Shown: positions 46,027-58,724, numbered from the stretch's first letter. The stretch: DNA of 64,000 nt from Macrostomum lignano (GCA_002269645.1 NIVC01003928.1:5340-69339); one strand, 5' to 3'. The notes: generated by a model from the letters alone, not told the origin. A program made the numbers and translations.

Positions 46027-49000
46027 CTCTGGCATCCAGCATTACGCTTGCAGATTATAAATTAGCTGCTCTCCTGAGTTCGAAGCTGACAGGTCCGTTG
46101 CAGTCGGCATCGATTGAGTCGACTGCCAATTTAGTCAATGGGTTTCGTTTCTTCTTTTCACTGGAACCTGTGGTGGGATTAGCAAAAGATCGATTTCGCA
46201 TATCTGTTTAGTGATTTCAAGGACGACAAAATCATTCTTCTCTGCATGTCAGCTCCAGAAGATGCTAGTTTGCTTGCAGCTTTCTGTAGGAGCATTCTAC
46301 TTTAGTAAAGTGTACCCATTCTAAAATAAGCTGTTTTTAATATGTCCCAACAAGTCTCTGTGCAGTGTGTCATCCGTTTGCCCATCAATTTGTTCTGGAG
46401 CCCTTTATTAATTGAGTTCTTTAGGTGACTTAACAAATGCGGAAAAAACTAGACACACACACACAGTGGCCCAACACTTCGTGTCCCAATAATTGCTAGG
46501 AAAAATGCACTGCAGTGTTTAAGCATCTCCTCTGAGGGGCCCTTGCATGCATAGCTATAGAATCTGCTAAGACCCGATCTGAGAGTTAAAAGTACAAAAA
46601 GTTATAACGCTTCTAGACACGAAAACGAATGCAGCCACAGCATGAACTAACCTTTTATTGAAGCTTCTGCTTTAAATACTTTGATGCTGTGAAGCATTCT
46701 GGCATCTAGCATTACTCTCGTAGACTATTAGCTGCTCTCCTGAGTTCGAAGCTGACAGGTCCGTTGCAGTCGGCATCGATTGAGTCGACTGCCAATTTAG
46801 TCAATGGGTTTCGTTTCTTCTTTTCACTGGAACCTGTGGTGGGATTAGCAAAAGATCGATTTCGCATATCTGTTTAGTGATTTCAAGGACGACAAAATCA
46901 TTCTTCTCTGCATGTCAGCTCCAGAAGATGCTAGTTTGCTTGCAGCTTTCTGTAGGAGCATTCTACTTTAGTAAAGTGTACCCATTCTAAAATAAGCTGT
47001 TTTTAATATGTCCCAACAAGTCTCTGTGCAGTGTGTCATCCGTTTGCCCATCAATTTGTTCTGGAGCCCTTTATTAATTGAGTTCTTTAGGTGACTTAAC
47101 AAATGCGGAAAAAACTAGACACACACACACAGTGGCCCAACACTTCGTGTCCCAATAATTGCTAGGAAAAATGCACTGCAGTGTTTAAGCATCTCCTCTG
47201 AGGGGCCCTTGCATGCATAGCTATAGAATCTGCTAAGACCCGATCTGAGAGTTAAAAGTACAAAAAGTTATAACGCTTCTAGACACGAAAACGAATGCAG
47301 CCACAGCATGAACTAACCTTTTATTGAAGCTTCTGCTTTAAATACTTTGATGCTGTGAAGCATTCTGGCATCTAGCATTACTCTCGTAGACTATTAGCTG
47401 CTCTCCTGAGTTCGAAGCTGACAGGTCCGTTGCAGTCGGCATCGATTGAGTCGACTGCCAATTTAGTCAATGGGTTTCGTTTCTTCTTTTCACTGGAACC
47501 TGTGGTGGGATTAGCAAAAGATCGATTTCGCATATCTGTTTAGTGATTTCAAGGACGACAAAATCATTCTTCTCTGCATGTCAGCTCCAGAAGATGCTAG
47601 TTTGCTTGCAGCTTTCTGTAGGAGCATTCTACTTTAGTAAAGTGTACCCATTCTAAAATAAGCTGTTTTTAATATGTCCCAACAAGTCTCTGTGCAGTGT
47701 GTCATCCGTTTGCCCATCAATTTGTTCTGGAGCCCTTTATTAATTGAGTTCTTTAGGTGACTTAACAAATGCGGAAAAAACTAGACACACACACACAGTG
47801 GCCCAACACTTCGTGTCCCAATAATTGCTAGGAAAAATGCACTGCAGTGTTTAAGCATCTCCTCTGAGGGGCCCTTGCATGCATAGCTATAGAATCTGCT
47901 AAGACCCGATCTGAGAGTTAAAAGTACAAAAAGTTATAACGCTTCTAGACACGAAAACGAATGCAGCCACAGCATGAACTAACCTTTTATTGAAGCTTCT
48001 GCTTTAAATACTTTGATGCTGTGAAGCATTCTGGCATCTAGCATTACTCTCGTAGACTATTAGCTGCTCTCCTGAGTTCGAAGCTGACAGGTCCGTTGCA
48101 GTCGGCATCGATTGAGTCGACTGCCAATTTAGTCAATGGGTTTCGTTTCTTCTTTTCACTGGAACCTGTGGTGGGATTAGCAAAAGATCGATTTCGCATA
48201 TCTGTTTAGTGATTTCAAGGACGACAAAATCATTCTTCTCTGCATGTCAGCTCCAGAAGATGCTAGTTTGCTTGCAGCTTTCTGTAGGAGCATTCTACTT
48301 TAGTAAAGTGTACCCATTCTAAAATAAGCTGTTTTTAATATGTCCCAACAAGTCTCTGTGCAGTGTGTCATCCGTTTGCCCATCAATTTGTTCTGGAGCC
48401 CTTTATTAATTGAGTTCTTTAGGTGACTTAACAAATGCGGAAAAAACTAGACACACACACACAGTGGCCCAACACTTCGTGTCCCAATAATTGCTAGGAA
48501 AAATGCACTGCAGTGTTTAAGCATCTCCTCTGAGGGGCCCTTGCATGCATAGCTATAGAATCTGCTAAGACCCGATCTGAGAGTTAAAAGTACAAAAAGT
48601 TATAACGCTTCTAGACACGAAAACGAATGCAGCCACAGCATGAACTAACCTTTTATTGAAGCTTCTGCTTTAAAGACTTTGATGCTGTGAAGCATTCTGG
48701 CATCTAGCATTACTCTCGTAGACTATTAGCTGCTCTCCTGAGTTCGAAGCTGACAGGTCCGTTGCAGTCGGCATCGATTGAGTCGACTGCCAATTTAGTC
48801 AATGGGTTTCGTTTCTTCTTTTCACTGGAACCTGTGGTGGGATTAGCAAAAGATCGATTTCGCATATCTGTTTAGTGATTTCAAGGACGACAAAATCATT
48901 CTTCTCTGCATGTCAGCTCCAGAAGATGCTAGTTTGCTTGCAGCTTTCTGTAGGAGCATTCTACTTTAGTAAAGTGTACCCATTCTAAAATAAGCTGTTT

Positions 49001-51927
49001 TTAATATGTCCCAACAAGTCTCTGTGCAGTGTGTCATCCGTTTGCCCATCAATTTGTTCTGGAGCCCTTTATTAATTGAGTTCTTTAGGTGACTTAACAA
49101 ATGCGGAAAAAACTAGACACACACACACAGTGGCCCAACACTTCGTGTCCCAATAATTGCTAGGAAAAATGCACTGCAGTGTTTAAGCATCTCCTCTGAG
49201 GGGCCCTTGCATGCATAGCTATAGAATCTGCTAAGACCCGATCTGAGAGTTAAAAGTACAAAAAGTTATAACGCTTCTAGACACGAAAACGAATGCAGCC
49301 ACAGCATGAACTAACCTTTTATTGAAGCTTCTGCTTTAAATACTTTGATGCTGTGAAGCATTCTGGCATCTAGCATTACTCTCGTAGACTATTAGCTGCT
49401 CTCCTGAGTTCGAAGCTGACAGGTCCGTTGCAGTCGGCATCGATTGAGTCGACTGCCAATTTAGTCAATGGGTTTCGTTTCTTCTTTTCACTGGAACCTG
49501 TGGTGGGATTAGCAAAAGATCGATTTCGCATATCTGTTTAGTGATTTCAAGGACGACAAAATCATTCTTCTCTGCATGTCAGCTCCAGAAGATGCTAGTT
49601 TGCTTGCAGCTTTCTGTAGGAGCATTCTACTTTAGTAAAGTGTACCCATTCTAAAATAAGCTGTTTTTAATATGTCCCAACAAGTCTCTGTGCAGTGTGT
49701 CATCCGTTTGCCCATCAATTTGTTCTGGAGCCCTTTATTAATTGAGTTCTTTAGGTGACTTAACAAATGCGGAAAAAACTAGACACACACACACACAGTG
49801 GCCCAACACTTCGTGTCCCAATAATTGCTAGGAAAAATGCACTGCAGTGTTTAAGCATCTCCTCTGAGGGGCCCTTGCATGCATAGCTATAGAATCTGCT
49901 AAGACCCGATCTGAGAGTTAAAAGTACAAAAAGTTATAACGCTTCTAGACACGAAAACGAATGCAGCCACAGCATGAACTAACCTTTTATTGAAGCTTCT
50001 GCTTTAAAGACTTTGATGCTGTGAAGCATTCTGGCATCTAGCATTACTCTCGTAGACTATTAGCTGCTCTCCTGAGTTCGAAGCTGACAGGTCCGTTGCA
50101 GTCGGCATCGATTGAGTCGACTGCCAATTTAGTCAATGGGTTTCGTTTCTTCTTTTCACTGGAACCTGTGGTGGGATTAGCAAAAGATCGATTTCGCATA
50201 TCTGTTTAGTGATTTCAAGGACGACAAAATCATTCTTCTCTGCATGTCAGCTCCAGAAGATGCTAGTTTGCTTGCAGCTTTCTGTAGGAGCATTCTACTT
50301 TAGTAAAGTGTACCATTCTAAAATAAGCTGTTTTTAATATGTCCCAACAAGTCTCTGTGCAGTGTGTCATCCGTTTGCCCATCAATTTGTTCTGGAGCCC
50401 TTTATTAATTGAGTTCTTTAGGTGACTTAACAAATGCGGAAAAAACTAGACACACACACACAGTGGCCCAACACTTCGTGTCCCAATAATTGCTAGGAAA
50501 AATGCACTGCAGTGTTTAAGCATCTCCTCTGAGGGGCCCTTGCATGCATAGCTATAGAATCTGCTAAGACCCGATCTGAGAGTTAAAAGTACAAAAAGTT
50601 ATAACGCTTCTAGACACGAAAACGAATGCAGCCACAGCATGAACTAACCTTTTATTGAAGCTTCTGCTTTAAAGACTTTGATGCTGTGAAGCATTCTGGC
50701 ATCTAGCATTACTCTCGTAGACTATTAGCTGCTCTCCTGAGTTCGAAGCTGACAGGTCCGTTGCAGTCGGCATCGATTGAGTCGACTGCCAATTTAGTCA
50801 ATGGGTTTCGTTTCTTCTTTTCACTGGAACCTGTGGTGGGATTAGCAAAAGATCGATTTCGCATATCTGTTTAGTGATTTCAAGGACGACAAAATCATTC
50901 TTCTCTGCATGTCAGCTCCAGAAGATGCTAGTTTGCTTGCAGCTTTCTGTAGGAGCATTCTACTTTAGTAAAGTGTACCATTCTAAAATAAGCTGTTTTT
51001 AATATGTCCCAACAAGTCTCTGTGCAGTGTGTCATCCGTTTGCCCATCAATTTGTTCTGGAGCCCTTTATTAATTGAGTTCTTTAGGTGACTTAACAAAT
51101 GCGGAAAAAACTAGACACACACACACAGTGGCCCAACACTTCGTGTCCCAATAATTGCTAGGAAAAATGCACTGCAGTGTTTAAGCATCTCCTCTGAGGG
51201 GCCCTTGCATGCATAGCTATAGAATCTGCTAAGACCCGATCTGAGAGTTAAAAGTACAAAAAGTTATAACGCTTCTAGACACGAAAACGAATGCAGCCAC
51301 AGCATGAACTAACCTTTTATTGAAGCTTCTGCTTTAAATACTTTGATGCTGTGAAGCATTCTGGCATCTAGCATTACTCTCGTAGACTATTAGCTGCTCT
51401 CCTGAGTTCGAAGCTGACAGGTCCGTTGCAGTCGGCATCGATTGAGTCGACTGCCAATTTAGTCAATGGGTTTCGTTTCTTCTTTTCACTGGAACCTGTG
51501 GTGGGATTAGCAAAAGATCGATTTCGCATATCTGTTTAGTGATTTCAAGGACGACAAAATCATTCTTCTCTGCATGTCAGCTCCAGAAGATGCTAGTTTG
51601 CTTGCAGCTTTCTGTAGGAGCATTCTACTTTAGTAAAGTGTACCCATTCTAAAATAAGCTGTTTTTAATATGTCCCAACAAGTCTCTGTGCAGTGTGTCA
51701 TCCGTTTGCCCATCAATTTGTTCTGGAGCCCTTTATTAATTGAGTTCTTTAGGTGACTTAACAAATGCGGAAAAAACTAGACACACACACACAGTGGCCC
51801 AACACTTCGTGTCCCAATAATTGCTAGGAAAAATGCACTGCAGTGTTTAAGCATCTCCTCTGAGGGGCCCTTGCATGCATAGCTATAGAATCTGCTAAGA
51901 CCCGATCTGAGAGTTAAAAGTACAAAA
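46027..51927. repeat. 666-bp tandem array, ~8.9 near-identical copies
   Basis: Anchor tagctgctctcc at 46063, 46729, 47395, 48061, 48727, 49393, 50061, 50726 and 51391 (periods 666 x5, 668, 665, 665). Differences are rare: CA-count, aatact/aagact, gtaccc/gtacc. Confidence 0.98.
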
Positions 51928-53039
51928 CTTATAATTTTTGTGGTTGGACACGTAGGCTATTGAGTGTCAATGGATTCAGACGAAATGTCAAGTTTTACTC
52001 AAAGCTTTTACAGCTTACTGGTTAAAGTCGACGGATCCTTTGGCAATTGCGCCACATGGCAGTTGATCAAAGGTGATATACCTGAAGTAAAGGTAGGTAC
52101 TGCTTAGCAGGAGCAGTATTTTTATAGCATTTAAATATAAATGCTTCTTGTTTCCGACAAAGTTTTTTAATACCACTTACATGTTTCTCGCTGTGCCATT
52201 CCATGCTGTTCTTTCCATACCATGGTGACTCGGGTGCCATGGCAGAGGCAGAGTTGACCATTGATTTCAGCATAGCGAGTACATGCCAATTTAGTTTTAC
52301 CGTACGTTTGCGGGGTGGCGTCAATAATAGACCAAAATAAAAGTACACTTAACTAGCAAGGGGACTCTGGTAAATTGGAGCCATGTACACAGGGGGTAGG
52401 GCTTAGTCCTAACATGTACGGGGTAAGTCCTAATATGAGTGGGCTTTTGTAAACGACACTCTAGCACACAGCCCCAACAATTTATAGAATATCGAATGCG
52501 CGCAGCAGTCAATAGCATGAGTCCTAACAAGAGTGGGCTGTTGTATTCAACACTGCAACACTGTCCTAACAATTTAGTTCGTGTAGAGTACTGATGCCCA
52601 TCACAGTCAGAAGTACATGTAAGCCCTTGTCATTTCTTTAGGTTTATCTCCATCCAGAACCATCCTTTGACAATAAAATACCCTTAAAAGTGTTTTGCTA
52701 TGCTTTGCTTTGTATGTATTTTAATGTATGCTATGTATTTACGTCTTGTAACAAAGACTGCAGCAAATGAATGCGCTTGAAATCTACTATTAGTAAAAAT
52801 ATGAGAAAAAACCAATAAAAATATGCGGGAGCAGATTAGCCATTTCAGTGTCCCAATAGTGATTTGGTCGAATTTTGTATCATTTTTCCTTATTGGGACG
52901 CCAGTTTTTGCTTAATTATGGACTCAGAAAGTAAAATTATTAAAAATGAGTTGCACCATCAAAAAGAGGCTGTCGAGCTGAATCCATAGAGTATTTTTTT
53001 GAGCTGCTATTGTAAGTTTTTTGGAAGTGTTGGACGGAC

Positions 53040-53121
53040 TTGATGGGACAGTCCCAACATTTTTTTTGGCCCAACAGTGCGGGTCCCGTTGTACGCGTAT
53101 GGCCCAACAAATGCCCCGTGC

Positions 53122-53155
<34 letters not shown>
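53040..53155. repeat. (CA)n-containing dispersed repeat member
   Basis: gtcccaacatttttttggcccaacagtgcgggtccc..ggcccaacaaatgccccgtgcgcaaa(ca)n; homologous to 23500-23655. Confidence 0.7.
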
Positions 53156-53156
<1 letters not shown>

Positions 53157-53508
53157 GGGTGGGGACGGAGCAGAAGAGAAAAGCTCAAACTGTCACGGTC
53201 CAGTCCGCTCAGGTTGCGAGACTCTCCGACCCCAGCCCACCCCATCTGCACACAGCGGAGAGCGGAGGCCCGGTGTGTGCGGATTCCTGCAGCCTCTGAG
53301 CGATACCCAAACTCACAAGGCAAGCACGTAGCCGCCATCAATCAGGGAGCGGCAGCCGGTGCGCACCACCGTCTACTGCTGAAGAGCCCAATGCATTTTA
53401 TTTCTTCTTTCCTCTGCTGCTCCGCTGCTTTCGGTGCGGACCTGAGGCAGTAATTTTTTATTGAATTCTCCTACGCCCTCAGTAGTGAGCGGCTAGCTGA
53501 AAATACAG

Positions 53509-54900
53509 ATGGATTTAGAAATTCTCCATTTTGTCGGAAATGCTCATCCTGCAGCTTCCATGGCGTCGCGGCAGGCGCACTGGGAGGCGGCACCGGCCCG
53601 ACGCGCCGTCCCTTCCTCCAGTTGGCAACAGCCAGCGATGTCGGCCTCCGAGCAGCTGCAGAGCTACATCGACAGGTTCGAGAAGTCGCAAGCAGCGGAG
53701 TCGGCTCCGCCAGTTCATAACGGCTTCAGTGCGCATCAGCAGCAAGGCGCAGCAAAAAATGACGACAAGGACGCGTGGGACTTGCTGTGCGGCCGGCACG
53801 GAGCCAGCGACGGTCACGTGAGCGTCAAGACGCGCTGCATACTGCGAGACGTCGAACGAAAACTGGGCTACACGGAGCCCTGCTACTCTGCACAGGACAG
53901 ACGTGAGTGAAACTCCAATGCTCATATGAACTTTCTGAAATCCAGCACGTCCTCAGCATGACACACCGCAAACAATCCGCTTGCAGTGGACCTGCGCAGC
54001 ATCTGGCCCAGCATGCACGAGCATCTGGAGCGGCGCTGGCGTCGTCAGCTGCGCGAACGCTACGAAGCTCAGCAGCGCGCCGAGGCTGCAGCTGCGGCAA
54101 CCGCGGCTGAGGCTTCCGCCCGCGCCGACCTGTACAGGTATAGTCGGAAGACCTCAGGCGGTACACGGCGCAGCCGCTTGCCGACGTCGCTAACTCCGCA
54201 ATCAGAGGCGCCACCGGCTCGGGTGCAAGCTTCAGCAGACAGCGACGATGAGGACAAGACCGTGGAATGCAGCGACTCGGGGAGGGACGGCGGCGGCGGC
54301 GGCTCCTCGCTGGCCGTGGGTGCAACAGACGCCGCTCGGTGCAGCAAAGAGCGGCTGTGGGGCAGCGACTCCGGCATCGAGCAGTCCTGCAGCGGCGCCG
54401 CGGCCGTGACTGCCGCCACCGCCACAGCTGCAGCTGCCACCTGGCAGAGCGATAATAAAGTATCCAGCGAGGCCGAGGCGACGGACGACCCAAGCGAAGT
54501 CGGCGGCTCCTTCGAAGAGCGGATGCGCTCCTACCGCTGCGTCCTGGAGGCTCACGAGTTGAGCTCGCGACTCCGTCAGCACCTGGAGGCCGCGTGCGCC
54601 ACAACGGGCAACGGCGGCAAGAAAGTGCTCAGCGTAGAGGAGAAGGGCCGCATCCGGGACCGGCTGGCTCGGCTGCAAGGGCCGCTGCGAGGCGGCTTCA
54701 TTCCGTCGGACGATGGCGAGGCAGATCGCGAGCAGCCGCCGCAGCCGGAGCCTGAGCGAATCACCACCGAGCGGCTGGCTCAGCTGATGAGCTTGGCGCG
54801 AGGCCTCTTGCCGAGTCGAGTTGAGGAAGCTGAAGAGGACAGGCGATGGCCTGTGCTTGATGATGCAGCTGTGGAGGCTGGTCAAGAACCCGGACAGTGA
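53509..54900 (+). CDS. Uncharacterised protein, 2 exons (~436 aa)
   Basis: Exons 53509..53902 and 53987..54900 are joined by an 84-nt phase-1 intron (C|GTGAGT..ttgcag|TG). GC-rich, with helical segments EQLQSYIDRFEK, HEHLERRWRRQLRERYEAQQ and EEKGRIRDRLARL. No family recognised. Confidence 0.7.
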
Positions 54901-55741
54901 GGACGTACCAAGCACCTTTTTTAGGAGCTGCGAGATATCCTTCAAGTATTTTTTTGCATTGAACATTCACGCATATTACTTGCACCAACGTATAATGCCT
55001 CACGCATCAGGTATAATAAATCAAATATAAATGTTGGAAAGGCGAACTGATGCAGCTAAAAAGTCCAAGATGCTACTGCTAGTAGGCAAGTACAAGTTTA
55101 TTCTTGTTATTTTAAATCTCCATCGCGTCAAAAAAGCTATTAAAAGTATTTTGCTACTTTGTTTAAGACGATGAACAGTGTGCGTGAAGTACAGGATTCA
55201 ATGAGCTACTACTGCTTGTGCACAATGGACTCAACTACGGTGAAATAGATAAGAGCCATAAACAGGCCCCTCAACTGAAGGCTTGTCGTTGGATTTCATG
55301 CCTTATTTTGAATGCGGCCTAGTTCGAAACTTTATCGACATTAAGATAAAAGTACAAGCTAAAAAGCTAGGTTTAATAACAAATTATACAGCATACTGCT
55401 GGATTGGGGTTTTCAGCCATGTTGTGCCATTTCAAGGACACTGTAAGGCATGTACAGTGCGGCATCACTTGGACTAGGACTAGTGATGCGTTTCGTTATT
55501 GACACAAATAACTGGCAACAAGCAAAAGGGAATCACGTTGTATAGGTGAAGGCCTGAGTGCGCAGGTCCATGCTACGGTTAGTACAAGTTAATACGAGCA
55601 TAAATACATGAAGCTAGTGAAAGTGCTGGATTGTATTTACAACGCCCTTGCTTGCCATGATATGTGGACTACATGATGAGTACCTGATACCAGTGTATTA
55701 AATTAGTCAGCAAGAGAGCATGAGATCATATTATCGCGGGC

Positions 55742-56210
55742 GTTGTCAGGGGTGCCATTGTGGGTGTTGTCAGTGGAGCTACAGTGGGTGTTGTCAGTGG
55801 AGCTACAGTGGGTGTTGTCGGGGGTGCCACAGTGGGTGTTGTCAGTGGAGCTACAGTGGGTGTTGTCAGTGGAGCTACAGTGGGTGTTGTCAGTGGAGCT
55901 ACAGTGGGTGTTGTCGGGGGTGCCACAGTGGGTGTTGTCAGTGGAGCTACAGTGGGTGTTGTCAGTGGAGCCACAGTGGGTGTTGTCAGTGGAGCTACAG
56001 TGGGTGTTGTCAGTGGAGCTACAGTGGGTGTTGTCAGTGGAGCTACAGTGGGTGTTTTCGGGGGTGCCACAGTGGGTGTTGTCAGTGGAGCTACAGTGGG
56101 TGTTGTCGGGGAGCTACAGTGGGTGTTGTCAGTGGAGCTACAGTGGGTGTTGTCAGTGGAGCTACAGTGGGTGTTGTCGGGGGTGTCACAGTGGGTGTTG
56201 TCGGGGGCGC
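55742..56210. repeat. 24-bp minisatellite (gggtgttgtcagtggagctacagt)n
   Basis: About 19 copies just downstream of the MDH-like stop. Confidence 0.95.
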
Positions 56211-56265
56211 AAAGATCTTTATTTGACACTCTGTAAGCCAACAATCGAAGTCCTTCCATTGATTC

Positions 56266-57547
56266 TCACTCAGCCGACGGCTTCCAGGCTCGAGCGAACC
56301 GCCTGCCCTGGTCGATCTGCTCGCCGAGCTCCTGAGCCGCCTCGCTCAGCAGCTGCGCCTCCGACTCGGACAGCCGGCCGACGCCCATGTTCTGCTCGAC
56401 TCCCTCCTGGCCGAGCAGCAGCGGGTTTGAGCAGAACGCCGGTCCGTCCGTCGCGTCCGACTCAACGTAGGCGGACTCGACAACATTCTGCCTGCCGTCC
56501 ATGGCACACAGCAGCGAGTGCAGGAAGCCGTGGGCCGCGGCCGCCACGGACAACGAGGCGGAGCCGGCGCCGGCCTTGGCTTGCAGCACGGTGTCAGCTG
56601 CGCCGCGGACAGCCCGCGTCATGGCAAGCAGCTCGCTGGCTGGCAGGCGGCAGTGCGGCTCCGCACGGCTCAGCACCGGCACCAGAGTCGAGCTGCTGTG
56701 GCCGCCGACCACCGGCACGCTGACTTGGTCCAACGGTGCGCCTGCGATCGGTGCACAGGGGTGTTGGATCGGTGCACAGTGGTATTGGATCGGTGCACAC
56801 AGGTGTTGAATCGGTGCACAGAGGTGTTGGATCGGTGCACAGGGGTGTTGGATCGGTGCACACAGGTGTTGGATCGGTGCACAGGGGTGTTGGATCTGTG
56901 CACAGGGGTGTTGGATCGGTGCACACAGGTGTTGGATCGGTGCACAGTTTGCAATCAGCTGATGCAGACACTGACACGACGCAACACTCACCTGTCTTCT
57001 GAGCCATGAGAATGTTGGCCCGAACCGAGTTGATGGCCGTGACACCGAACAGCCGGCGCGGATTGTACACCCCGTAGCGCCGCAGGACCTCAGCAGCCAG
57101 AGGCACACTGCTATTCAGCGGGCTGGTGAGCAGGCAGAGCAGCGCCTCCGGGCAGTGCCGGGCCACCGCTGAGGTCAGCTCGGCCACTGTGCCGGCGTTC
57201 TGTTCGAACAGATCGGACAGCTGCATGCCGAGCTGCCTGGGCCGGCCGGCCAGCATCACCACCAGGCTGCAGTGGCGCAGACAGTCGGCCAGCTGCTGCC
57301 GCCCGCCCTGATAGCCGCTGACGCGGGCCTTGGTGGCGATGTGGCCTAGGTCGGCGCACAGGCCTCGGGTGTCCAGCGTATCGTAGAGAGCCAGCTCGGA
57401 CACGAATGCCGACCGCTTCAGCATGAGGGCCAGCGGTTGGCCGACAGCTCCGCAGGCGCCCAGGATGGCCACCCGGTTCTGCGGCAGGTCCGGCACGCCG
57501 TGCAGACGGCGCCGACCGAGAGCGCGGACCAGCTGACTAGAAGCCAT
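56266..57547 (-). CDS. MDH2-like: Mitochondrial malate dehydrogenase (MDH2)-like paralog with substituted active-site residues, 343 aa, 2 exons
   Basis: Exons 57547..56992 and 56741..56266, phase 1. RVAILGACGAVGQPLALML (Rossmann motif), DLGHIATKARV, VPVVGGHS, AKAGAGSASLS and NPLLLGQEGVEQNMGVG are colinear with MDH2. Confidence 0.92.
56745..56950. repeat. 21-bp minisatellite (ggatcggtgcacaggggtgtt)n filling the MDH-like intron
   Basis: About 10 copies abutting the acceptor. Confidence 0.93.
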
Positions 57548-58724
57548 GCGGTTTGTCTGACTAGAAATTAATTCAAGCATGTGGGGACTCAAGCACTACG
57601 GGTATAGCTGCGGTGATATATCGGTATTATACAGTAATGCGCCTGAATTGCTGGACTCGACAGCTGATTGGCTCGCGCCCCAGCCCTCGCCAGTCCCGAA
57701 CGGTGGATGCAGAATGAATTTCAAAGGGGAATTTCAAGGTCACCACCTCCTCAGCTTCCCAATCCGAAACTCCGCCGGGCTCAAGAAACCATCGGAGCGG
57801 GGAAAATTTATGAACTAAGCCGACTATGCGAGAGAGGGCTGGCAAAAGTACTTTTAAAAATGCCTCTGATGCCTCTTCTTCCCCCCCCCTACTTTCAGCC
57901 ACTCATCTTTTCATCTTTACTTTAAAGCGGCTTATAATGAAAAATTGAAAACCTGAGAAGGAAAGATTTAAGTAAGGAAATCAAGTTTATTGCTGGAATT
58001 TGCGGCTTACAATGCAGTTGCCAGCTGCCCGCTGGAAGGGCGAACTTCAACCGTGTGTGGCGCACGTTTGTTATGTCACAGGGACTTTAGCACTGCCGCA
58101 CCAAGGGGCTTTAGCACCAAGGGGCTTTAGCACCAAGAGGCGCCAGCATCAAGGGACTAAAGAAATCGTCATTAAAACTCATTGGATAGCAACCTCTAGC
58201 TTCGTTATCCCCTGTTCCATCATCGAACCTTCTCTTATCTCATCCCTCTCGCAGGCAATCCCTCTCCTGTCGTGTTTAATCAGATCACTCGCGCGTAACG
58301 AGACGCAGGCGGATGCTCGAATAATTCGATTTTCTGTGTCCCACCCTCCTCCATCTCTGTGCGGCTGGAATAGCGGTGCTACAGTGCAGTCCGCTTCCTC
58401 ATAGCCTATTATGAACTATACAGCAATATGAGCTCTGTGGGCTCCTGCGATTTCTTTATTGATTTCGATTTTTGTCAGACAATGACTAATCCCGGGAAGC
58501 TAATGGTTAATGGCGATCTCTTCTTATCAGATGGTACAATACTACTCGTGTTTGGCATTGTAGTTAACTTAGTCTTTAGCCTAGCATTGGCGAGGCTCCA
58601 TAGCAACTCCTTGTCCATTGTGGTGCTATCTCAGCTTCATCGGAAAGTGGACAAGCACTGGAGAAAGTTCCGCTGTTCAAGGTTCACTTTCGAATAGCCA
58701 ATGATATCGCTTTGGATAGCGGTG

